A stretch of 64,000 nucleotides of DNA, from contig NC_090373.1 in assembly GCF_036365525.1 (NCBI RefSeq), positions 85,061,221-85,125,220 of the forward strand, in the 5' to 3' direction. The DNA is from Heterodontus francisci (taxonomy: Eukaryota). How positions within the stretch are numbered: position 1 is the first letter of the stretch; every line of letters starts with the position of its first letter. The notes beneath the pieces were generated by a model that worked only from the letters and a program-made list of their open reading frames with translations, searched no databases and had not been told where the DNA came from. Position numbers and translations under genes: made by a program. Shown here one piece after another: positions 34,970 through 47,534 of the stretch.

Positions 34970-36980
34970 GGTGGCAGCAGTTTGTAACCACATGGCTTGG
35001 CATATCGCCTACTCCACCGTTACCATCAAGCCGGGTGACCAACCCTGGTTCAATGAAGAGTGCAGGAGAGCTTGCAAGGAGCAGCACCAGGTATACCTAA
35101 AAATGAGGTGTCAGCTTGGTGAAGCTACAACACAGCACTACTTGCATGCCAAACTGCTGAAGCAGAATGCAATAGACAGGGCTATGTGATCCCACAACCA
35201 ACAAATCAGATCTAAGCTCTGCCGTCCTGCCACATCCAGTTGTAAGTGGTGATGGACAATTAAACAACAGACAAGAGGAGGAGGCTCCACGAACATCCCC
35301 ATCCTGTACGATGGGGGAGCCCAGCACAGCAGTGCAAAAGACAAGGCTGAAGTATTTGCATCCATCTTCATCTTGTAAGTGCCGAGTGGATGATCCATCT
35401 CGGCCTCCTCCTGAGGTCTCCAGCATCACAGATGTCAGTCTTCAGCCAATCTGATTCACTCCACATGATATCAAGAAATGACTGAAAGCACTGGATACTG
35501 CAAAGGCTATGGGCCCTGACAACATTCTGGCAAGAGTACTGAAGACCTGTGCTCCAGAACTAGCTGCGCTCCTAGCCAAGCTGTTCCAGTACAGCTACAA
35601 CACTGGCATCTACCCTGCAATGTGGAAAATTGCCCAGCTATGGCCTGTGCATAAAAAGCAGGACAAATCCAAACCGGCCAATTACCGCCCTATCAGTTTA
35701 CTCTCAATCATCAGCAAAGTGATGGAAGGGGTTGTCAACGGTGCTTTCAAGTGGCACTTGCTCAGCAAAAACCTGCTCAGGGCCACTCAGCTCCTGACCT
35801 CATTACAGCCTTGGTCCAAACATGGACAAAAGAGCTGAACTCAAGAGGTGAGGTGAGACTGTCCCTGACATCAAGGCAGCATTTGACCGAGTGTGGTATC
35901 AAGGAGCCCTCGCAAAACTGGAGTCAATGGGAATCAGGGGGGAAACTGGTTGGCTGGGCTCATACCTAGCATAAAGGAAAATGGCTGTAATTGTTGGAGG
36001 TAAATCATCGTAGCCCCAGGACATCACTGCAGGCTCAGGGTAGTGTCCTGGACCCAGCCATCTTCAGCTGCTTCATCAATGACCTTCCCTCCATCATAAG
36101 GTCAGAAATGGGGATGTTCGCTGATGATTACACAATGTTCAGCACCATTCGCGATTCCTCAGATACTGAAGCAACCCATGTCCTCTGCAGGATGACCTGG
36201 ACAGCATCCAGGCTTGGGCTGATAAGTGGCAAAGAACATTCGCACCACACAAATGCCAGGCAATGACCATCTCATACAAGAGAGAATCTAACCATCTCCC
36301 CTTGACAGTCAATGGCATTACCATGGCTGAATCCCCCACTATCAACATCCTGGGGGTTACAATTAACCAGAAACTGAACTGGACCAGCCACATAAATGTT
36401 GTGGCTACAAAAGCTGGTCAGAGGCTGGGGATTCTGCAGCAAGTAACTCACCTCCTGTCTCCCCAGTGCCTGTCCACCATCTATAAGGCACAAGTTAGGA
36501 GTGTGATGGAATACACTCCAATTGCCTGGATGGGTGCAGCTCCAACAACTCTCAAGAAGCCTGGCATCATCCAGGACAAAGCAGCCCGCTTGATTGGCAC
36601 CCCATCCACAAACATTCACTCCTTCCACCACTGACGCACAGTTGCAGCAGTGTGTACCATCTACAAGATGTACTGCAGCAACTCACCATGGCTCCTTAGA
36701 CAGCACCTTCCAAACCCGCGATCTCTACCACCTAGAATGACAAGGGCAGCGGATGCATGGGAACACCACCACCTGCAGGTTCCCCTGCAAGCCACACACC
36801 ATCCTAATTTGGAACTATCTCGCCGTTCCTTCACTGTCCTGGTACTCCCTTCCTACACCCAAGGACTGCAGCGGCTCAGGAAGGCAGCTCACCACCAGCT
36901 TCTCAAGGGCAATTAGGGATGGGCGATAAATGTTGGCCTAGCCAGTGACGCCCACATCCCCTGAATGAATCAAAAGAAAA
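34970..36980 (+). mobile_element. 5'-truncated copy 3 of the single-ORF LINE
   Basis: ORFs 34971-35189, 35509-35838 and 36263-36634 match copy 1 proteins; same 3' tail followed by an A-rich end. Confidence 0.92.
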
Positions 36981-37246
36981 GCAGGCTATCAAGCAACAGA
37001 GGCTGCCACCAAAGACCCAATGGAAGGGTGCCGAACTCTCCAGTAAGTGAGGGGATTCAGAAAGGTCTTGTAATCGGGAGAGGGGGAGGGAAATTGGGGT
37101 CGGGGAGGCCTAAGCTTTCTGCTAAGATATGGGGACTGGGGTAGCCAACATCACTACACAGACCATTGTTCCCACTCCTCACATGACCAGTGTGAGGTCA
37201 TGTGAGGGTGACCCACACAGAATGTCTCTTCCACCTTGGGCTTAGC

Positions 37247-38351
37247 GTAGAGTCATAGAGTTATACAGCACAGAAACAGCCCTTCAGCCCATCGTCTCTG
37301 TGCTGGCCATGAAGCACCTATCTATTCTAATCCCATTTTCCAGCACTTGGCCCAAAGCCTTGTATGCTATGGCTTTTCAAGTGCTCATCTAAATGTTTCT
37401 TAAATGTTGTGATGGTTCCTGCCTCTACCACCTCTTCAGGCAGTGCGTTCCAGATTCCAGCCACCCCCTGGTGAAAAATGTTTTCCTCAAATCCCCTCTA
37501 AACCTCCTGGCCCTTACTTTAAATCTATGCCCCCTGGTTATTGATCCCTCTGCTAAGGGAAAATGTTTCTTCCTATTTGATCTATCCATGCCCCTCATAA
37601 TTTTGTATACCTCAATCAGGTCCCCCCTCAGCCTTCCCTTCTCTATAGAAAATAACCCTAGCCTATCCAGTCTCTCTTCATAACTGAAATGCTCCAGCCC
37701 AGGCACCATCCTGCTGAATCTCCTCTGCACTCTCTCCAGTGCAATCACATCCTTCCTATAATGTGGCGACCAGAACATTACACAGTCCAGCTGTGGCCTA
37801 ACTAGCGTTTTATACAGCTCCATGATAACCTCCTTGCTCTTATATACTGTGCCTCGGCTAATCAAGGCAAGTATCCCATATGCCTTCCTAACCACCTTAT
37901 CTACCTGTGCTGCTGCCTTCAGTGATCTATGGACAAGTACACCAAGGTCCCTCAGACCTTCTGTACTTCCTACAATTCTACCATCCATTGTATATTCCAT
38001 TGCCTTGTTAGTCCTCCTTAAATGCATCACCTCCCACTTCTCAGGATTAAATTCCATTTACCACAACTTCGGCCATCTATATCGTCCTGTAATCTAAGGC
38101 TTTCCTCCTCACTATTTATGACATCACCAATTTTCATGTCATCTGCGAAATTACTGATCATACCTCCTATGTTCACGTCTAAATCATTACTGTACACTAC
38201 AAACAGCAAGGCTCCCAGCACCGATCCCTGCGGTACACCACTGGTCACAGGCTTCCACTCACAGAAACAACCCTCGACCATCACCCTCTGCCTCCTGCCA
38301 CTAAGCCAATTTTGGATCCAATTTGCCAAATTGCCCTGGATCCCATGGGCA
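37247..38351 (-). mobile_element. CR1 LINE (HER1-like) 3' portion whose tail matches the HE1 SINE tail
   Basis: ORFs 37425-38057 and 38027-38398 (GVPQGSVLG, FADDMKI). The 3' end 37247-37310 resembles the HE1 tail GGGCCTGTTTCAGTGCTGTATCTCT. Confidence 0.88.
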
Positions 38352-38564
38352 TATGCCAAGGTGGTGCAGAAAAAGGGCTCATAGGGCCAGAGCTGCATGA
38401 GGTCAGCTTACAAGACCGTCTGCAGTCTGCCACACTGAAAGTCAACAGCCTTCCACCAACCATGCAGCAGCTATTTGGGGCACTCAGACAGGCAAAAACA
38501 CATAGAAGACTGGCACTAAGCAAATGCACAAGGATGATTAGTTGACTTTTGTATGGAATCAAAA

Positions 38565-39500
38565 ACACAATTTATAAATTTGTGGATGACACCAAATGGG
38601 GGCAATAGTCAATACTGAGGAGGACTGCAAGAAATTACAAGAGAACATTAATAAACTCACAGAATGGGCAAATAATTGGGAAATGAAGTTCAACAAAGAT
38701 AAATGTGAGGTAGTACATTTCGCTGGAACAATAGGGAGGTCACTTATTACGTGGAAGGTGCAAGACTAGGTAGGATAGAGAAATGAAGAGATCTCGAAGT
38801 ACAAATACACCAATCACTAAAAGTTGCACCACAGGTTAGTAAGGCCATACAAAAAGCAAACCAAGGCTTTATTTCTGGAGGAGTAAAATTGAAAAGTAGG
38901 GAAGTTATGCTAAACCTGTATTGAACCTTGGGTTACAACGCACTTAGAGTACTGCACGCAGTTCTGATTGTCATATTATAGAAAGGATATAGAGACATTG
39001 GAAAGGGTGCAGAGAAGATTTACAAGGATGATACCAGAAATGCATGGGTATACATATCAGGAAAGGCTTGACAGCCTGGGTCTCTTTTCTCTTGAAAAAA
39101 TAAGGCTAAGGGGTGAACTAATAGATGTCTTTAAAATTATGAAAGGTTTTGATAGAGTGAATACAGAAATAATTTTTCTACTTCTGGGCAAGAGCATAAC
39201 TAGAGGCCATCAGTATATGATAGTGACCAACAAATACAATTAGGAATTCAGAAGAAACTTCTTTACCTAAAGAGTGGTGAGAATGTGGAACTCGCTACCA
39301 CAGGGAGTGGTTGAAGTGAATAGTATGGATGCATTTAAGGGGAAGCTAGACAAGCATATCAGGGAGAAGGGAATAGAGGGTTATGATGATAGAGTTAGAT
39401 GAGCAATGATGGGAGGAAGTTTGAGTGGAGCTTAAATGCCAGCATGGACTGTTTGGGCTGAATGGCCTGTTGCTATGCCATCTATCCAATGTCATCCTAT
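38565..39500 (+). mobile_element. CR1 LINE 3' fragment
   Basis: ORF 38968-39243 (KDIETLERVQRRFTRMIP, RLRGELIDVFKIMKG) plus 3' UTR. Confidence 0.85.
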
Positions 39501-39559
39501 GTAATATTGGATGGTTTGGCTTATAAAGTTGGTTTGGAATGTTTGTTTTGTGATGGCTT

Positions 39560-41512
39560 TTATTCCAGTATTGTTGCCAAGAGAACACTATGATGGTCAG
39601 TAGCAAAGAGAAGGTAAGGTTGGGAATGTTGGTGAATGGGAAATTGGGATTGTGTTCACTGCTTCCAAAGTCAGATGAGTTGATCATGGAGAGCCCACCC
39701 AGAAAGGACATGTGTTGGTTGCCTCCTCACCTATTTCTGCTCCTTCTTGTTGCAGGACATCACAAACTTTACATGTGGTGCCCACAAGGTGACACGTGTG
39801 CAGTCAATGGCACGATACACTCTGGGGAAGCCTGCAATTCTCACGAAGCTGCACACTGCCTGCTTCTCTCTAGCAAAAGAAAATGAAATGTATTCAGCTC
39901 TCTTTGCATACAGAGTCCCAGTGACCTCCCTTATACAACAGTGGACAGTGAATTTGGAGGTGTTGTAAATATTGCTTGCTCCAGCCTTGCAAGGAGCCCG
40001 GCACATAAAACATCATGGCCACCCTCACTTTCATAGCCACTGACAATGCCATCGTTGCCTGGCTCTGGGGCTGCATTTTGGCTGCCGCAGGTGGCATTTT
40101 GCGGTGAGCGCCTCCTTAGTGAAGTAAGGACATCTAACACATTGGGCTAGATTTTATTAGTCTCCTAGGGACAGGCAGGGAGGCGGGGGCCTGTAAAATG
40201 CAAGGGAAGGCAGGGAGTGGAGTTCCCCGTCGCCTTCTTCATGCCATTCAATTTTGTTAGGGCCGAGGACGGCCTTCCTGCCCAGAGGCCAATTGAGACC
40301 CCAAGTAGCTAATTAATGCCCACTTAAGGGCCTCTTCCCACCAATTCTGGTACTTTACCAGCGACAGTGGGCCCTCCGCCACATCGGGAGACCGCCAAGT
40401 AATACCAGGCAGCCTCCCTGCTTAGGCAATCTATGGCCCATGGAGGGCCCCCGACAGCAAAAGCTGCCCCTGCGCCAGCCTCCCCATGCCATCAACAACC
40501 ACACCGCCTACCCCTAACTGGGGCCTGCCTGACTGGCTCCAGTGGTCCTGCCCCACTTACCTGCCGTCTGAGGCCCAAGCACTGCTCCTGGTCCTGGGCT
40601 ACTGCAGTACAAGCAGTGGCCATCATTCCTAGCGACGCTGTTGGTACTGCGAAGCTACCAGCCCTCTGATTGGTCCGCAGCTCTTCAGGTGGAATCTTAT
40701 CCCTTAAAGGGCCGGCATCCCCGATGTCGGGCAGTTAATTACCTGCCTGTCATTGAATTCGGCTAGGGATCCAATAAAGAGCTGAGGTGGAGTTGCCCCC
40801 TGCCCACCCCCACCTCCCAGCCCATCACCAAAATAAAATCCAACCCATTATTTCTCGCTGAGGTTGAGGTGGGAGAATTGTTCTTGAAGACCCAACGGCA
40901 GATGTGGCCTCCTCCTAAGATCACTTCTTCCATTCCTCCTCCTCCTTTTTGAGCAGCTGTCCTTCTCTGTTCATTCTCACTCACATGCTGCAGGTCAAGA
41001 GGTATAGAATACTACAGCCTGGGACCAAGTGGTCTAAGCCAAACCTTTGAACCCGGAACTAACTCCTTCAAAACATGCCACTCCACTCAATGTAGACTTC
41101 AAGTTTAAATAGCAGTACAAAACCACCAAACATTTGTACAAACGCAGTAACAACCAGTAGAAATCGATTAACAATAACCTGAGTGTAGTTGATGATCACT
41201 TTTAATAGAGCTGGTGGGAGGTCCTTCCTGTTACTGAACACGTGTTCAACTGTGTGAGGTTAGGGAGGAAATTAGCTGGAACATTGCGGTAAAAATGGCA
41301 GCATTGGCATCAAAGCAGCACGGCACGCTGAATGATGTCACAATCTGCCTACTCCGCATACATCCCACGCAGGCTTCCACTAATGCCATGAACAAAATAG
41401 CGTCTGGCAAGACCAGCACCAGAAGTATATTCATGTGCCGCAGATGCTATTTTGGAAATGAAGTGACACCCGCAACGCTAAAAATACGGATGCTACACAA
41501 TTGAATTTTGCG
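39560..41512 (-). mobile_element. Decayed PIF/Harbinger element with transposase remnants (copy B), split by a MITE
   Basis: ORF 39731-40006 (VHCCIREVTGTLYAKRAEYISF...AGFPRVYRAIDCTRVTL); collinear with 19615-21856. Confidence 0.75.
40144..40846. mobile_element. GC-rich MITE (PIF/Harbinger-like) with 3-bp TSD
   Basis: TIRs GGGCTAGATTTTATT / AATAAAATCCAACCC; TSD ATT at 40141-40143 and 40847-40849; the flanks rejoin as in copy A. Confidence 0.8.
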
Positions 41513-42230
41513 GCATATATTCCCACTGTGGAGATGTAATCCAGCTTTTATGTTATTCAGTTTCTTAAGTCAATCTATGATAATAACACGCTGGTTTTGT
41601 CTGTCCGCACAGTTTTGATTGGTCGATGGTTGATCTTGTGGATGATGCCTGGTGCACACGGAGGTATATGGGGTGCGCAGAGGACTGAAGTGCGTGACGT
41701 ACGTGCAGCTGCCGATGGTTGGTGTGTCGCTGTCCTCGTACAAAATAGATTCTGCCTGTGTGTGAAGCGGTACATATACTCCATGACAGTTAGGAAGGTC
41801 TGTTGTTCTTTTTTAAAGCTGGGGTGGAAATCAGCGAGAAGTGCCAGGATTCGTCCTTTTCTCTCACCACCCTCCAGTGGGGTTAACGTATGATAGCTGG
41901 CAGATGAGTATGTGCGAACGTTACCTAACATCAGCTCAGCAACGACTGCTGGCTTGGTCAGCAGCCAGGATTCCAGCAAGACTGCCCAGGACGGTACTGC
42001 CACTCCCACCCGCATCGTTTCCTCCCACCCCCACCCCCACTGCTTTAAGGAGTGAAGCTGAAATCCAGTTTCAATTTGTGATTCGGCGCTGCTTTAAGTT
42101 TAGTTCAGGCAAAACTAATCCCATTGAATTTTAATTAGATGATTTTCAAAATGTCAGCCAAGGAACAACTGCCTCTGCAGGGTGGAGATGGAGTCGGGGT
42201 GGGGGGGGTGGGTTGGGTTGCTGTCAGCGT

Positions 42231-43098
42231 TGTTACGACCAGGTGAGAAAGAGGTCTAGAGTTCCCTTTCAGCCTTCACCTGGTCTTACAGTAACAGGGT
42301 TTAATTTGAAACATACCGTGTTTTTAGCTCCCCCTTGGTGAATCCTTGTTCACCGCTTTCCAATTATAAGGCAAAGAAACCAGCACAAACAGGTTTTGTG
42401 AGGTTTAAAGAAGAAAAGTGAAATTTATTACATTTAAACTTAAACTCTAATTTGGTTAGCACCTATGGATACATGACGCGCCCACGCTAGCACACATACT
42501 CAGTACACACATGCAGATAGGGATAGAAAGAGCAGAGGAAAAATAAGGTGAAAAGTTTGAGGCAATCTCTGAAGAGGGTTTTTTTGTTACTGTGCTTCGG
42601 ACTCGCTGTAGAATCCTTGATTGTAGGTAGATCTTGCTTTTCGTTGGGGCCCAGTATTCTTCTTAAACCTTGTTCACTGTAGGACACTTTTCTCTCTTGG
42701 GGTTCATGTGTCTTCAGTGGGTTTTGGATTTCTGTGAGAAAGAAATGGGAGAAGACAAGAGAGGCTGTGGCGAGCCAGCCGGGAGAGGTCTCTTCAATTC
42801 AGGAGCAAACAGCTTTCTGCAGACTCTCAATTCAAACTATACAATTCAGAAGAAAAAAAAACTGCTAAGTCATGCGACTAACTGGTTTGACCACGTCTTT
42901 TTGTGGATTGTATTGGAGCAGGGGATAGCTCCTTTGTTCTAAACATTGTCTGTTAATATACAAAAATGTCTTTCCAGCCGGGGGCCTGGCAACCCCTTGT
43001 CACAGGCCTTCACTGCTTCCCAGCAACAATATGAAATTTAATGTCCAAGTGGCAAAATTAATGTGCCCCATTCTTGGCAGGTGGAGGCCTGTCTGACA
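42231..43098 (-). mobile_element. Solo LTR of the Gmr1-like Gypsy family
   Basis: Reverse complement of the LTR at 55679-56493 (TGTCAG...CACCTGGTCGTAACA); TSD not clear. Confidence 0.85.
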
Positions 43099-43107
43099 TT
43101 GTCTATA

Positions 43108-43520
43108 TGGAAATGTGGTGGGATGGAGATGGCATGAGAGGGATGGGATGGCATGGGACAGGTGGCATGCGAAGGGTGGATGAAATGACATGATTTATTA
43201 AGTATACTAATTTGATTGCAGGGTCAGGATAAATATAGAAATGTGGTGGGATTGGGATGGTATGTAAGGGATGGCAAGGGAAAGATGAAATAGCATGAGA
43301 TAGGGATGGCATGAGATTGGGGATAGCATGAGAGGGAGGGAAGGCATGGGGATGATGAAATGGCATGGGTTGGAGATGGCGTAGGATGAGTGGGAGGGAG
43401 GAGTTGGCATCAGAGGGATGGCATGGGAAGGATGGAGTGGTATGGGATGGGGATGGCATGGGAGGGGTGGCATGCAGGGGGTAGATGAGATGATGGAATT
43501 GGTTAAGTATACTAATTTGA
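43108..43520. repeat. GGATG/GGCATG-rich degenerate minisatellite with a duplicated unit
   Basis: Two blocks each start GAAATGTGGTGGGAT and end TTAAGTATACTAATTTGA. Confidence 0.75.
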
Positions 43521-43751
43521 CCACAAATGTTTTGCGGGTCTCTGCTAGTTTATAATATATTTTATTGCTAGCCATTGATCACCTGTGTTATTGCCCACTG
43601 AGAATATGGTCACTCTATTACCTGTCTTAGTGTCACTGATAGTCTTATGACTCACCTCTTCTGCTTTTGTATCTTTCTTTGCCTTCTCCTCTGATTCTCT
43701 CCTCTTAATTTTTCTTTTTGCTTTTCTGTTTCTGCTCTGCTGCTTCTCCCT

Positions 43752-44399
43752 GGCTGGAATTTTATGTTGGATGGGAGGCCCCACCAAATCGCCAAAAAGT
43801 GGGAGGCAAGCCTGCCTCCGGTGGGCCTGAGGAACCATGCCAGAATTTTATGCCCCCTAGGCCCTTAATTGGCCTTAGTCCCAGGAGTGCCAATGGAAGC
43901 TTTGGCACTGCTGGGACTTCACCCAGCTTCAGCAGCAAAAGGGATGCTGGCCCGGGAAGAAAGGTAAGTTTGTGGAGCTTCGGCGGGGACAATCGGTTGG
44001 GCCCCGGCAAGGCTAGGGGGGCGAGTCGGTTGGGAGCAGGGGGAAGAGTGTTGCGTAGTGGGGGCAGTTGGGCCGTGGAGGGGCCCCTCCATGGAGCACA
44101 GGGTGCCCGCTCAAGAGAGCACCCCAGCCCTCAAGCAGGCCGTCAGGTTTTACTTGGCAGCCACCTGGGGGACCTTAGCCGCCTGCGGTGGGAGGAGGCT
44201 CTTAAGTGGCATTTAATTGGCCACTGAAGGGCCTTGAATGGCAGGGGTGGGCGGGCCATTTCAGGCCACCACTGCCCGTTGTAAATTTGCAGCAGGAGCA
44301 GGAAAGCGTCGGAAATGGCATCCCCTGCCTCCCACTCAATTTTATGACCTCCCCCCACGCCACCAGCCCGCTCCTGCGGGGCAGCGTAAAATTGCAGCC
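43752..44399. mobile_element. GC-rich MITE of the same superfamily
   Basis: TIRs GGCTGGAATTTTATG / CGTAAAATTGCAGCC; internal CTTAAGTGGC...AATTGGCCAC block shared with 40144-40846 and 58849-59494. Confidence 0.75.
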
Positions 44400-44867
44400 T
44401 CCAACTTTTTCTATTTTTTCTTTCAGATAGGAGATGGTGGGTGGTATAGCATAGTTTGGTAGGAAAATGTCACACCAATAGTGGCAGGTTTAACTTGTGA
44501 TGGAACTGTGGCCTCCAGCAGCTGCCTTCCCATCCTCCCTCCTAATCACTCATGCTTCTCCTCCACTCACTCTCTCCCATTTCATCTCTTCATCCTCCCA
44601 CTATGCATTCCCTTTCCTATCACTCCTTCATTCCTATTACTATCCCTACCTCATCCATTGTTGAATGATCCACTCAATCCCTCTAAGCTCACTACCCCTT
44701 TGCTCCACTATCACTAGCTCTACCCTTAACTCTCCATCTATGCCACTGCAATTCCACTCACTCTTCTCACTCTTGCCAAGGGTGGGATTCATGAAGCCAG
44801 AGACCTTCTCACCCTCAATGAATTTTCCCTCCCCTTCCCCTCTTCCACTTACACTCCCTTCCTGTTT

Positions 44868-44950
44868 ATAAAAGCAAAATACTGTGGGTGCTGGAAATAC
44901 TCAGTAGGTCTTGCAGCATCTATGGAAAGAGAAACAGAGTTAATGTTTCT
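44868..44950 (-). mobile_element. Penelope-like terminal fragment
   Basis: Similar to 18856-18984 (AAAGCAAAATACTGTGG...GGAAATACTCAG...GAGAAACAGAGTTAATGTTTC). Confidence 0.5.
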
Positions 44951-44974
44951 GCATAAGAGTCACATCCAATTCAA

Positions 44975-45742
44975 GTACTTTCCAGTGCTCTCTGGGGAAG
45001 AGAATTCCACAAATGACCCTCTGAGAGAAAATAATTCTCCTTATCTCAGTCCTAAATGGGAGAACCCTAATTTTTAAACTGTGTCTCCCTGTTCTAGACT
45101 CCCCCACAAGGGAAACATCCTCTCGGCATCCACCCTGTCAAGGCCGCTCAGGATCTTATATGTTTCAATAAGATCACCTCTCATTCTCGTAAACTCCAAT
45201 GGGTATAAGCCCAGCCTCTTCAACCTTTCCTCATAAGATCATCCCAGGAATCAGTTGAGTGAACCTTCTCTGAACTGCTTCCAATGCAATTATATCCTTT
45301 CTTAATTAAGGAGACCAAAACTGTACACAGTACTCCAGATGCAGTCTCACTAAGGCCCTGTACAGCTGTCGCGACACTTCCCTACTTTTATACTCAATTT
45401 CCCTTGCAATAAATGCCAATATTTCATTTGCCTTCCTAATCACTTGCTGTATCTGCATACTAACTTTTTGTGATTCATGTACCAGGACACCCAGATCCCT
45501 CTGTACCGCAGAGTTCTGCAGTCTCTCTCCATTCAAATAATATTCTGCTTTTCTATTTTTCCTGCCGAAGTGGACATGTTCACATTTTCCCACATTATAC
45601 TCCATCTGCCAAATTTTTGCCAACTCACTTAATCAATCTATATTCCTTTGCAGACTCTTTATGTCCTCTTGACAGCTTACTTTTCTACCTATCTATGTGT
45701 CATCAACAAATTTACCTACCATACATTCGGTTCTTTCATCCA
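44975..45742 (-). mobile_element. CR1 LINE fragment
   Basis: ORF 45306-45623 (WQMEYNVGKC, RDLGVLVH, ALVRLHLEYCVQFWSP). Confidence 0.88.
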
Positions 45743-46496
45743 AGACCTGCTGAGTATTTAGAACACTTTCTGTTTTTACTCCCCTCCTGTTTCCCTCAAA
45801 GAGGCTTTGGCTGTTTTCAAAATTCAACTTGTTACTTCTTAAATAAGACTTCAAATTAGAATAATGTGTCTCTTCCTTTCTGTTTCTCCATCTCCACCTC
45901 AAAGGTGATGGTAATTCGAATCTCTGTCTCACACACAACTGATGTCCACCTTTGCTGTCAATAAAGCATGAATGAAGAAAGTGGCTTGAAAATTCACCAT
46001 TTTTGAAAAATTAAGTAAATTAAATCAAGAAAGCCCATTCTCTCTCACCTCTTTCTTTCCCCCTACCCCCAGTTTCTCTCCCCATCTCAATTTAATTTAA
46101 TACTTTTTAAAGTTTACCACTGGATCTCATCTGGCACTGCACATGGTTAATCAAGAGCAAATCAAATGTTTCCAGGCAAATAGGGTAAAAGGTTGGGGCT
46201 AAATGGAACCATTGGAAAAAGCAACAATAAGGGAAGAGTTGTGTGGAAGGAAAGTCGGGGAGGAGAAAGAAAGGAATGTTGGAGAGTGGGTAAGCATGCA
46301 AGTGAAGGGGTGAAAGAGCAGAAGAGGTGTGGGGGAAGGCGATGGGAGGCAACAGGGAGGAAGAGGATGAAGAAGCAAGAGGGAGGTAGAGAAGAAGGGA
46401 AAAGAGAGAAGGAAGAAAGTGGGGTAGAGGGAGGTGATGGTTGAGGAAGACATTTTTTTTAGCAGGGTTTAAGGATTGAGGCATGGAATCGCCAAC

Positions 46497-46737
46497 TGTT
46501 GCGTTTCCTTCTATCCTTCAAACACAAACTCACCAATCACTCAGGTAGGAAAGATAAACTAAACTGTGAGTTCTTTATTCAAAGATTACTGTAGTATATA
46601 CACATTGATGGAGAGCTCTTACTATGTCTTGCTTGGTCAACTAACACATTCCAACAATTGTGTCATGTGACATGACATCATATCCACTCTGATGATGTAC
46701 ACAGATCATGGACATACCCACTTCAAGACATACTACA
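46497..46737 (-). mobile_element. Solo LTR-like segment (Gypsy type)
   Basis: TGTTG...CTACA ends, AATAAA on the minus strand, GTCACATGAC motif as in other LTRs here; no TSD match. Confidence 0.4.
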
Positions 46738-47534
46738 ACCCTAACCATTGGAGAAGGATAAGAACAGTCAGTGGGGGAAGGTGCGGGTACAAGGATGGGG
46801 TGAGTTCAGGTGTTAAGTTACTATAAGGAAACTGAAGCAGGGTAGGCATAACTGTGAGAGATAACTGTAGCAAGAAGCGGGTGGAGAGCATTGGAAGCTC
46901 ATTGCAATGAGAGATACAGCCAGCTTTGGGAGGGGAGGAAATGGGTTAAAGTATTGCTCATAGGGAGTAGAATTGAGGCCAAAAACATACACAGTGTGAG
47001 GAGGAGGAGTATTAAGTCTGAAATCCTGATCAGTGAGTGTGAAATATTGCTCAGTGAGTGAGGAAAGGAGTTTGAGGGACAATAACATGCTCATGGCAGG
47101 GGGTGGGTGCTGGGGGAGAGGGTGAAGGTCTGAAAACCTGTAAGTGAGGGGGATGGAGCTGAAATTTAGTTCTGTGGAATTGACATGAGGGCCTGTATCT
47201 AGCTTAGTGGGGGGTGGGTTAAAGCCAAAGTCTCCTTCAGTGGAAGGCTCGGGCTGAGGTTTGAAATTCAAAGACAGAAAACTTGATGGGAGGAGTATCA
47301 AAAGCTTGCTCATGGTGGGAATGATTTTTATCTGTATGTTCACTTAAAGGCTCTCACGTAACATTACATCCAATCTCATTGTAATTGGTCACATTTTATG
47401 ATGCTTTCAGCACCAGCTACACCTGTAATCCCATTAGAATCGTGATTTCACTCACTGTTTTTGATAGATTATTTGTATAGCACAATATAAAAGCTACAAG
47501 TGTATAATTAGAATATTATCATCTTTTTTCTCTC

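Noticed and set aside
43108-43520. CRISPR-like or coding repeat array
   Set aside because: Eukaryotic degenerate minisatellite without constant repeats and unique spacers.
46813-47343. 176-aa ORF as a gene
   Set aside because: Low-complexity Pro/Leu/Ser content with faint resemblance to a decayed L2-type endonuclease region; too weak to call.
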